Shown: positions 10,901 to 19,200 of the stretch, piece after piece
Layout of the letters: each line of letters starts with the position of its first letter
Position numbering within the stretch: position 1 is the stretch's first letter
DNA from: Deltaproteobacteria bacterium
Lineage (GTDB): Bacteria; Myxococcota_A; Polyangia; Polyangiales; Houyiibacteriaceae
Assembly: GCA_034670305.1 (NCBI GenBank)
Contig: JAXMNT010000039.1
Location: forward strand, 13,465-77,464
Direction: 5' to 3'
Length of the DNA: 64,000 nt
Notes under the pieces: model-generated
What the model was told of the DNA's origin: nothing
Databases searched by the model: none
The model's input: only the letters and a program-made list of their open reading frames with translations
Position numbers and translations under genes: made by a program

Positions 10901-11858
10901 CGTCGACACTGAGATCAATGCCGCTCAGTCTGTAGGTGAGGCGCTCCAAGCGCTCTTTGGAAAGGTGGTCGCGACGCTTCGGGGCATCGACTGGGATCCG
11001 ATGGACGAGGAGTTCCGAGCGACCGGCCGTGCCGCGTTCGACTTCGGGTCGCTGGGGCCTAACGGCAAGCGGCCGTTCTCAGTGTTCTTGTCCCCCAACC
11101 CCGGCGGTCGCGAGACACTCTTGGTGGCCACGTGCGAGGTGCGATCCGTGTCCGACGACCCCACCGAAGTGCGACGGATGGAAGACCTCCAGCGCAGGCT
11201 CCCCCACGCCCGACTCTGCCTCGCGCCCGCGCGATCGGCACGCGAGCACCGTCTCGTCGCCGAGTCCGCGATTCTCTTCGACCCAGCTGTGACGCAGGCG
11301 GTCGAAGTACGGGACCTGATCGACAGCGTGGTTCGAAGTGCGGAACTCGCAGACGCGGAGTGGGACGGCGCAGCCTTCGACACCACCGTGGGCGGACGAG
11401 ATCACAAAGGCACGAAATCGAAGGACGTCGACCTCACGGCATTGGTCGACAGCTTCCGTGCACAGCCCACCTGCTCCATCCAACTCTGCGACAGAACGAC
11501 GTTCCGCGTGCACTTCGCATCCGCCCAGCCGCTGGGCTCGGATGAGAGCGGTTGGGGTCGCTCGCAGGTCGTCCGCTACGAACTCGCGGAGGGGTTCCTT
11601 CTCCTCTCCAGCACAGCTTGCGCCCAAGCCACTCTTGAGGCGCGCTGGTCGAGCCACCGGCTTGGGCGTCGACTCCTCGAGTGGAACCGGAACTCCGGCA
11701 CGGCCGCCTTCCGTGTCAGCCACGAACAGAACATCGAAGCATGGTCGGCCCACCGGCTAGAGACCCTGCAGCCCGTCGAACTCCAGCACTACATCGTCTC
11801 CGTCGCCCGCGCCGCAGACCGAGCAGAGTTCGTCCTGACCGGTGAGGACCGGTTCTAG
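7935..11858 (+). CDS. SF2 (SNF2-like) helicase with long C-terminal extension (ZacC-like by context)
   Basis: LADEVGMGKT (I), DESHH (II), LSATP (III), STDVLQEGEDLH (V), MEQRTGRIDR (VI). Confidence 0.85.
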   Translation: MRTIERLDLETVRKLIDFGGGRVSRAVARDQEMGATAIHNILVDRAHAYLADEVGMGKTYVALGVVGLLRFFHPGIRVLVITPRHNIQAKWGRELRNFVRNNWRSSDQRVRGFDGQPAVPVIQPGSLLEWARQCVVDPERDVVLRMSSFGWALQNDGGPSGTWREQRERIERLAPVLRGHFVDPTDRDKSRFKARAALAVNALLPHYDLVVIDESHHFKHGRASQSARNRMLAITLGAHPPRDVGVDIEPGPLFERRFDRLLCLSATPVEEDFRQLFNQLDLLGLAGPSADLRPLDDPKASDADKRTLARRFLVRRLTTLAVDGGSWTRNMYRREWREGGMARFDEPMKIPGVRQRLIVALVQRKLATLLNRETSGRRFQIGMLASFESFEESARPVSAETADSAFDDADQTEDVEQRRGVDRALVAEIADSYRKTFGASLPHPKMDAVVASLSNAFAESNKALVFVRRVKSVPELVFKLGDGYDAWLQGYLEALLPPSLHGAMRKVWAAYHAERREKLHAGGLNDEASDQANDTFFAWFFQSQTHRGDLLTGTKFRENRLMESSSTYSTLFEDDYLGAMFGFPANLLDTLASEVGRPSETVREQLLAEASHRLARWSKPGRLHNHHAVQEAGLRLLAKSKSPRADEARTMASDLYGPPPSRLRVPRVVAIDVDAYLGATTFFTELRKRPALQRALWPVEDAWAGRTAFRSRELRRELLAATVRLGHSMVDLYALAVADAGTLEMGGSRLQDDRSARLITAFLDRLESLRGVEGLHAYSEMSSVGRHHEHILAVNFSDAREVPLSELRTYFGTALGNQVPIAGMHGRATERAVRHFRMPGYPMVLVSTDVLQEGEDLHSFCSRIVHYGVSWTPSSMEQRTGRIDRIGSQVHRRLEGGEGTPSDDALLQVHFPHLRETVEREQVRVVLERMNRFMELMHTGLAAESHDPTVDVAAEALRRPPLVGSVRAQLSTAFPVTDDMLQASLDDRSVDTEINAAQSVGEALQALFGKVVATLRGIDWDPMDEEFRATGRAAFDFGSLGPNGKRPFSVFLSPNPGGRETLLVATCEVRSVSDDPTEVRRMEDLQRRLPHARLCLAPARSAREHRLVAESAILFDPAVTQAVEVRDLIDSVVRSAELADAEWDGAAFDTTVGGRDHKGTKSKDVDLTALVDSFRAQPTCSIQLCDRTTFRVHFASAQPLGSDESGWGRSQVVRYELAEGFLLLSSTACAQATLEARWSSHRLGRRLLEWNRNSGTAAFRVSHEQNIEAWSAHRLETLQPVELQHYIVSVARAADRAEFVLTGEDRF

Positions 11859-11872
11859 ACATCTCGGTCGGC

Positions 11873-12328
11873 GTGGGGGAGAAGCCCGAGCAGGTCGCCA
11901 TCCTCTGGGATGGCCGGCGCGCCGTTTCGCTCGACCAAGGCTCCCGTACGTTGACCGAGCTGAGTCTCGAGCCGTTCGAGCGTGTCCAAGGCATTGCGCT
12001 CGACCACGCACCGGGCGAGGTCGTCGTCTCTCCGAACGGATTCGCCGCGGTCGTGCTCACTGGCCGATTTCGCGGTACTGGGAACGGTGTCGTCGTGGTT
12101 GCGGGAGATCCGCTCCGAGTCGTCGCGCAAGGACCAACGGGACGCGCCCCCTACTCGATCGCCATCAACGGCACCGGGAGCATGCTTGCGACGGCCGACA
12201 GCGGCGGCGGGACCGCGACGTTCTTCGAGGTCATCGCCCGTCCCCGTGAGCAAACCGAAGGACCGGACGAGACCGGTTTCGATGACTCGATCGATAAGCC
12301 GGAGGACGACGAAGAAGACGGGGAGTAG
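11873..12328 (+). pseudogene. Probable 5'-truncated beta-propeller (YncE/YVTN-like) remnant
   Basis: Only about three blade-like units (APGEVVVSPNG, GRAPYSIAINGTG..LATADSGGGT); weak GTG start 14 bp after the helicase stop; acidic tail. Confidence 0.45.
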
Positions 12329-12378
12329 TCCCGTCCCACATCGCGGAAGTGATCATTGGCTCTCTGCGAGGTGCCCAT

Positions 12379-12417
12379 CCACTTGCCGCCAAACCTGCGG
12401 AACCAACCAAGCCCGCC
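12379..12417 (+). repeat. Right copy of 39-bp degenerate direct repeat
   Basis: ccacttgccgccaaacctgcggaaccaaccaagcccgcc, intergenic; shares an 18-bp exact core with 4430-4447. Confidence 0.85.
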
Positions 12418-12585
12418 GACCGCGGCCGACCATGACCCGCCATTCCCCGATCTTACGGAACAGACCAAGATGCCGAGCGCAGCGCCTTGTCCCCTTGTTG
12501 TGTCGGAAAGCGATCGCATCAACGGAGCCGACTGTGGCCAAACGTCTACCCAGACAGAGCCGAGTTAAAACACCGAACAGGCCTG

Positions 12586-12627
12586 ACGTGATTCACGTTG
12601 AACCCGTCTTCGTTCCGCAGGTAGTCT
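12586..12627 (+). promoter_or_regulatory. Candidate sigma70 promoter for drmD with overlapping palindrome
   Basis: TTGAAC (12598-12603), 18-bp spacer, TAGTCT (12622-12627); inverted repeat ACGTGA-T-TCACGT at 12586-12598. Confidence 0.35.
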
Positions 12628-12636
12628 CTCCGGTCC

Positions 12637-15600
12637 GTGTCCGATCGACCTTCGACCCGTTCCCTGCTGCGCGTCCTCTCGAGGGCGCGGTTGCAGGACG
12701 TTGCCCGCTCCCGCGGCATCGGAGCGCCGAGCGCGAAGCCCAAGCGCAAGGAGATGATCGACCTGCTGCTCCAGGACTCGGCTCTGAACTTCCGCGCGGT
12801 GCTCTCGTTGCTCGGGCGGGACGAGCTGAAGGCAGCCTGCCGCGCCCACGTCGTGGACCACTCCGGCCGCAGCCGCGCCGACCTTCAGGCGCGGCTGATC
12901 GCGGCCCGTGGGGACGCGGTGGAGTCCGCGCCGCCGCCGCCTGCTTTCGTCCCCACCGGCCCAGTGCGCCACGAACCCCGCACGGGAGACATCGTGCTCT
13001 GCCGGCACCGGCAATGGCTCGTCGAGGATGTGGTTGCGATCGAAGGCCAGGCGACGCGGGTCGCGCTGGTCTGCCTCGACGACGACAACCAAGGGGCGAA
13101 CCTCGAGACGCTCTGGGAGCTGGAGCTCGGCGCGAAGATCCTTCCCCACGAGTCGGGCAAGCTCACCGAGCCGAAGCAGCTCGATCAGCCGCGGCACTTC
13201 GGGGCGTACCTCCACGCGCTCAAGTGGAACGCGGTCACCGCGACCGACGCGAAGCTCTTTCAGTCGCCGTTCCGTGCCGGCATCCGGCTGATGCAGCATC
13301 AGCTCACGCCGCTCACCAAGGCGCTCTCGCTGCCGCGCGCGAACCTGTTCATCGCGGACGACGTGGGTCTCGGCAAGACCATCGAAGCCGGGCTCGTGCT
13401 CCAGGAGCTTCTGCTCCGGCAGCGGGTCGAGTTCGTGCTCGTCATCTGTCCGGCTTCCGTGCAGCTCCAATGGAAAGAGGAGATGGGCCAGCGCTTCGGT
13501 CTTCCCTTCGAGATCATGAGCCGGCACTACGTCGCCCGCGTCCGCAAGGAGCGGGGCTTCGGCCAGAACCCTTGGAGCACCCACCGCCGCTTCATCGTCA
13601 GCCACCCGATCGTGCGTCGGCCGGAGTACCGCGAGCAGCTCCTCGCCCACCTTCGGGAACGCGGCGCCGAAGAAGGCACGTCCCGCGCGAAGAAGTCGCT
13701 CCTGATCCTCGACGAAGCGCACGTGGCGGCGCCCGCGAGCGCGAGCAAGTGGGCGACCGACTCGGAGATCACGCGCGTCGTCCGCGACATCGCCCCGCGG
13801 TTCGAGAACCGTCTCTTCCTCAGCGCCACTCCGCACAACGGCCACAGCAACAGCTTCAGCGCCCTGCTCGAGATCCTCGATCCGCAGCGGTTCACCCGCG
13901 GGGTGCCCATCCGCGATCCCGAGCGTCTGCGCCCGGTGATGGTGCGTCGGCTCAAAGAAGACCTCCGCGAACGCGAAGGCATCGACTTCCCCAAGCGGCT
14001 GCTCGTGCAGGTCGACCTGAAAGAGAACGCCGGCTCGTGGGACGTGACCCACGTCACCCACGACCGGAGCGAAAAGAAGATCCAGCGGGGCAAGACGCGG
14101 CAATGCGAGGGCGCGGCCACCGTCGGCGGTGTTGCGGTGGAGCTGGAGCTCAGCGAACTGCTCCGCGCGTACCGCAGCTTGATGCGTCCACTGCTGCTCG
14201 CCGATGGACAACGGAGCGCGCGACTCGTCTTCGTCAACCTGCAGAAGCGCTTGCTCAGCAGCGTTCCGGCCTTTGCGCGGACTCTCCGCGTGCACGCCAA
14301 ACGGCTGCGTACCCAGGGCACGCTTTCTGCCCAAACCAAGATCATCCTCCAGGACGAAGACGCGCTCGGCCTCGACGACGAGACGCTCGACGCGGCCGAG
14401 GACCAAGACGTCGTTCGTGCGACCGAAGCGCTCCGGCGCGGGCTCGAGTCCGCCACCGAGAGCGACGCCCGCACGCGCGCGTCACAGCTGCTCGATCGTA
14501 TGCTCGAGCTCGCGGAGGCCCGCGCCCACCAGCCGGACGGCAAGACGCTCGCGCTGCTCGACTGGATGCAGCAGCACCAGTGCGCGGGCGCGCGCCTGCA
14601 TGGACCGAAGAAGAAGTCGAAGGCCGAACGCGCCTGGACCGGCCGCCGGGTGCTGGTCTTCACCGAGTACGGCGACACCCGCCGCTACCTGAAGCAGATG
14701 CTGCAGGCCGCGTTCGACCAGACGGATCGCGCCGAGGTGCGCATCGCCGAGCTCTACGGCGGCATGCACGAAGACCGGCGCGCCGAGGTCCAGCGCGACT
14801 TCAACGCACCCCCGGACAAAGCCGCGGTCCGCGTGCTCATCGCCACCGACGCCGCCCGCGAAGGCATCAACCTCCAGGGGCACTGCGCGGACCTCTTCCA
14901 CTTCGACGTGCCGTGGAACCCGGGCCGCCTCGAACAACGCAACGGCCGCATCGACCGAACGCTCCAGCCGTCGCCCGAAGTGCGCTGCCACTACTTCCGC
15001 TACACCGACCGCGCCGAAGACGTGGTGCTTCAGCGCTTGGTGGAGAAGGTCGACGTCATTCGCCGCGAGCTCGGCTCGCTCGGCGCGGTTGTCATGGAAC
15101 GCATCGACCGCACCCTGGCCGAGGGCATCGACGAAGACACCGTGGGCGCTCTCGATGCGGCGAGCGAACCCGGCGATCAAAGCGTCGTGCAGGCGGAACT
15201 CGAAGCCCAGCGCAGCACGCAGGACGCGCTCGCCGCGGAGATCGAAGAAGCCGGCGAGATCCTCTCCCGCTCTGCGAAGGTGATGGAGTTCCGGCGCGAG
15301 CACCTGCGCGAAGCGCTGGACGTGGGTCTCGAACTCTCGGGCGTGCCCGCGCTGGTGCCTGTGAAGGACACGAAGGGCCGGTTCGAACTGCCACCGATGC
15401 CCTCCTCCTGGTCACGCACCGTCGACTCGTTGCGGGTGCCGAAGCAGCGCGACGAAGAGTGGTGGGAGTGGCGTCAGCGCCCGCCACGCCCGGTGGTCTT
15501 CCATCCGCCCGCAAAGATGAACGACGACGCGGTCCACCTGCATCTGAGCCACCCCTTCGTGAAGCGTATTCTCGGCCGGCTCCTGGCCCAGGGGTACAGC

Positions 15601-16275
15601 GCCCACGACCTCTCCCGGGTCACGGTCCTCCGGAACGAACGCGACCACCGCGTGCGCGCCATCGTGTTTGGCCGCTTGAGTCTCTTCGGCCACGGCGCCG
15701 CCCGCCTGCACGACCGGCTCCTCAGCGCCGCCGGCGAGTGGAAGGGAGAGGCCGACGAGATCGTTGCCTTCCAAGACGCCGCGGACCGCAACGCCATCGC
15801 CATGCTGGAGGATGTGCTCGCCGACAGCCCGAGCCTCGACCCGATCCCGGAGGTCGTGCAGCGCCGCGTGCTCGATGCCGCACCGGTGCTCTTCGAGCGG
15901 CTGTGGGCGCGGGTGCGTGAGGACGCCGATGCCGAAGCCCACCGTGCCCAGACCGCGCTCACCGCACGTGGTCTCCAAGAGGCAGCCGCCCTTCATGAGA
16001 TTCTCGCAACGCAAGAGAAGGACGTCGCGGAGCGCATGAAGGAACTCGAGCAGCTACCGCTCTCGTTCGCCGACACCAAGACTAGAAAGCGCGAGCAACT
16101 CCAGCTCAAGAAGGACATCGCGCACATGGACCGTCGCGTAGGCGAGATTCAGAAGGAGCAGGCGTCCGAGCCCGACCAGCTGAAGACCCTCTACGACGTC
16201 GTGCTCCGCCGCCTCGAACCTGTCGGCCTCGTGGTGCTCTGGCCCTCCTCCCGACTCTCGAAAGACTCGCGATGA
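12637..16275 (+). CDS. drmD: DISARM SNF2-like helicase DrmD
   Basis: GDIVLCRHRQWLVEDV; LFQSPFRAGI; IADDVGLGKTIEAGL; DEAH; LSATPHNG; ATDAAREGINLQ; LEQRNGRIDR; C-terminal RLEPVGLVVLWP; adjacent to MTase and drmABC. Confidence 0.9.
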   Translation: MSDRPSTRSLLRVLSRARLQDVARSRGIGAPSAKPKRKEMIDLLLQDSALNFRAVLSLLGRDELKAACRAHVVDHSGRSRADLQARLIAARGDAVESAPPPPAFVPTGPVRHEPRTGDIVLCRHRQWLVEDVVAIEGQATRVALVCLDDDNQGANLETLWELELGAKILPHESGKLTEPKQLDQPRHFGAYLHALKWNAVTATDAKLFQSPFRAGIRLMQHQLTPLTKALSLPRANLFIADDVGLGKTIEAGLVLQELLLRQRVEFVLVICPASVQLQWKEEMGQRFGLPFEIMSRHYVARVRKERGFGQNPWSTHRRFIVSHPIVRRPEYREQLLAHLRERGAEEGTSRAKKSLLILDEAHVAAPASASKWATDSEITRVVRDIAPRFENRLFLSATPHNGHSNSFSALLEILDPQRFTRGVPIRDPERLRPVMVRRLKEDLREREGIDFPKRLLVQVDLKENAGSWDVTHVTHDRSEKKIQRGKTRQCEGAATVGGVAVELELSELLRAYRSLMRPLLLADGQRSARLVFVNLQKRLLSSVPAFARTLRVHAKRLRTQGTLSAQTKIILQDEDALGLDDETLDAAEDQDVVRATEALRRGLESATESDARTRASQLLDRMLELAEARAHQPDGKTLALLDWMQQHQCAGARLHGPKKKSKAERAWTGRRVLVFTEYGDTRRYLKQMLQAAFDQTDRAEVRIAELYGGMHEDRRAEVQRDFNAPPDKAAVRVLIATDAAREGINLQGHCADLFHFDVPWNPGRLEQRNGRIDRTLQPSPEVRCHYFRYTDRAEDVVLQRLVEKVDVIRRELGSLGAVVMERIDRTLAEGIDEDTVGALDAASEPGDQSVVQAELEAQRSTQDALAAEIEEAGEILSRSAKVMEFRREHLREALDVGLELSGVPALVPVKDTKGRFELPPMPSSWSRTVDSLRVPKQRDEEWWEWRQRPPRPVVFHPPAKMNDDAVHLHLSHPFVKRILGRLLAQGYSAHDLSRVTVLRNERDHRVRAIVFGRLSLFGHGAARLHDRLLSAAGEWKGEADEIVAFQDAADRNAIAMLEDVLADSPSLDPIPEVVQRRVLDAAPVLFERLWARVREDADAEAHRAQTALTARGLQEAAALHEILATQEKDVAERMKELEQLPLSFADTKTRKREQLQLKKDIAHMDRRVGEIQKEQASEPDQLKTLYDVVLRRLEPVGLVVLWPSSRLSKDSR

Positions 16276-19200
16276 GCTCCGATGCGCAGCGCCGGCATGA
16301 GGCTTGGCTTGGGATGGCGCAGCCCGTGGAGGGGCTCGTCTTCTCTGCGCCCGTCCTCGCCGACCGGAACGTGCCCCGGCCCGAACTCTCGCCGACCGAA
16401 CTCCAGCGCCTCTTCCTCGAAGTCTGCCCACCCAGTGAGATCGAAGAGGGCGTCTCCACCAAACCCGCCATCCGCGACCTCCTCCGCTTCTTCCAGACCC
16501 TCCTCGCCTACGAACCCGCCGACTGGCACGGCCCCGAACTCACCGGCGGCAAAGCACTCGGCCAAGAAGCCAAACAACTCGGCGGCACCTTCCCGCCCGC
16601 GCTCCATCTCGACGTGCCCGAAGCCGACCAGGTCCTCCGGCCCACCCTCGCGCTCCCCAAACGCACCCCCACCCCCATCCCCGACGGCACCGACGCCACC
16701 GACGCCGCGCGCGCCGGCGCGGCGTACGAACTCCTCGTCTGGGACCTCGCCGACCCACAGTGCGCCGGAGACGCCGCCATCGGCCTCGACCTCGACAAAC
16801 CCGAAGACGTCACCGGCCACTGGCGCTACCCGCCCACCGCCAAGTTCGAACGCCTCCTCCGCCACCTCCGCGTCCCCGTCGGACTCCTCACCAACCGCCG
16901 CGAACTCCGCCTCGTCTACGCCCCCCACGGCGAGTCCACCGGACACCTCACCTTCCGGTTCGACGACCTCGCCGAGATCGGCGGCCGCCCCATCCTCGAC
17001 GCCCTCGTCGCGCTCCTTCACGCCGAACGCTTCTTCAGCCTGCCCGCCGACGAAGGCCTCACCGCGCTGCTCCGCGAAAGCCGCGAACGCCAAGCCAACG
17101 TCACCACCGAGCTCGCCGAACAGGTCATGGACGCCCTCCAGATCCTGCTCAGCGGCTTCCAGGCCGCCGCCGAACGCGACCCCGAAGGCTACGGCGCCGT
17201 CTTCGCCGACGCGCTCGAACGCACCGTCGTCAGCCACCACCAAGTCACCGACGCCGCCACCGAAGCCGACCACGTCTACCGCGGCCTGCTCACCGTCATG
17301 CTTCGCCTCGTCTTCCTGCTCTTCGCCGAAGACCGCGGCCTCCTCCCCACCGACCACCCCCTCTACCGCGACCACTTCAGCGTGCTCGCGCTCTTCGCCC
17401 GCCTCCAAGAAGACGCCGGCGCCCACCCAGACTCCATGGGGCTGCGCTTCGGCGCGTGGGGCCAGCTCCTCGCCGTCTTCCGCGCCGTCTTCACCGGCGT
17501 CGAACACGGCGACCTCCGCATGCCCGCGCGCCACGGCGACCTCTTCGACCCCCACCGCTTCCCCTTCCTCGAAGGTGTCGTCGTCGGTGCCTCCCCGCTC
17601 CGCCGCCCCGAACAACAAGCCGCCATCAACGTCCCCACCATGGACGACGGCACCGTCTTCCGGGTCCTCGAGAAACTCATCGTCTTCGAAGGCCAGCGCC
17701 TCAGCTACAAGGCCCTCGACGTCGAGCAGATCGGCAGCGTCTACGAAGCGCTCATGGGCTTCCACGTGCACCGGTGCGAAGCCCCCGCCGTCCGGGTCCG
17801 CGTCGCCAAAGGCAGCCCGCCCTGGCTCACCGTCGACGAAGTCCTCGAGCAGAAACCCGCCCAGCGTGAGAAGTGGCTCAAGAAAGAGATTGGCCTCACC
17901 GGCGCCAACGCTAAGAAGCTCGCCGCACGCTTCAAAGCCATCGACAAGCTCTCGGACGAACAAACGCTCACCGAGTTCGAAGCGCTCGGCCACGCGGCAC
18001 CGGTTTCGACCGACGACGCCGCCACTGGCTCGGCCACCGCCGACGCACGCCGCCACGCGTTGATGCTCGACGCACTCTCCGACATGGCCGCCGTCCGCAA
18101 GAAGTCGCAGCGCGGCAAGGCGCTCGCCGCTGCCGGCCGGCTCGTGCTCCAGCCGGGCGAAGAACGCCGGCGCACGAGCAGCCACTACACCCCGCGCTCG
18201 CTCAGCGCGCCCATCGTCGAACGCACCCTCGAACCGCTCCTGCGCGCTATGGGCGACGCCCCCACCGCGGACCAGCTCCTCGAGCTGAAGGTCTGCGACC
18301 CCGCCATGGGCAGCGGGGCGTTCCTCGTCGCCGCCTGCGATTACCTCGGCGACCAACTCGTTGCCGCGTGGACCCGCGAAGGCGCGCTCGAACAGGTCGC
18401 CAAAGACGCACCGAACGAAGACCCGGTCCTCTACGCCCGGCGCCTCGTCGCGCAGCGCTGCCTCTACGGCGTGGACAAGAACGACGCCGCCGTCGAGCTG
18501 GCCAAACTCTCGCTCTGGCTCTTCACCCTGGCCCGCGACCGCCCCTTCACCTTCCTCGACCACGCCCTGCGCCACGGCGACTCCCTCGTCGGGCTGAGCT
18601 TCGAACAGATCCGCAACTTCACCTGGGAGCCGGAGTCTGAACTGAAGGGCCTCGACAAGAAGGGCGCCCAGCTGGACCTGAGCCACAGGGAACTCGACGT
18701 GGCCCTCGGCGAAGCCATCCCGATCCGCCAGCGCATCCTGGAGCTCGCGAAAGACCCGAGCCCGGACGCGCAGTCAGAGAAGGAGCAGCTCGTCTTCCAA
18801 GCCGCCGACGCGCTCGACCGGGTGCGGCTCATCGGCGACGTGATCGTCGGCGCGTTCTTCGCGGAGAAAAAGAAGAAGGCCCGCGAGAAAGAGAAGGAGC
18901 GCCGCCGCACGCTCGTCCAGCGCTGGCTGGCCGGCGACGAAGAGGCGGGCGGGGAGCTGCGACAGCTCCAAGCCGAGATCCGCGCCCGGCTACCAGTGTT
19001 CCACTGGATGCTCGAGTACCCGGAAGTCTTCTGGAGCGAACGAGCCGACCCGCTGGCGATGTGGGCGACCGATGGCGAGGCGTACATGGATGCGTTCGTG
19101 GGGAACCCTCCGTTCATGGGCGGATCGGGCATCTCCACCGCAATGGGTGACGAGTTCCGAGATTGGTTGCTCGCGACCCACATCAACTCTCACGGCAATG

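Noticed and set aside
12369-12377. ggtgccca as a tRNA-Phe att duplicate
   Set aside because: Only 8 bp match to the tRNA 3' end; expected by chance in GC-rich DNA.
11982-15920. 1312-aa alternative-frame ORF over drmD
   Set aside because: Arg/Pro/Ala-rich off-frame translation; the drmD frame carries all helicase motifs.
16191-18686. 831-aa antisense and 593-aa off-frame ORFs in drmMI
   Set aside because: Caused by extreme C-ending codon bias that removes stop codons.
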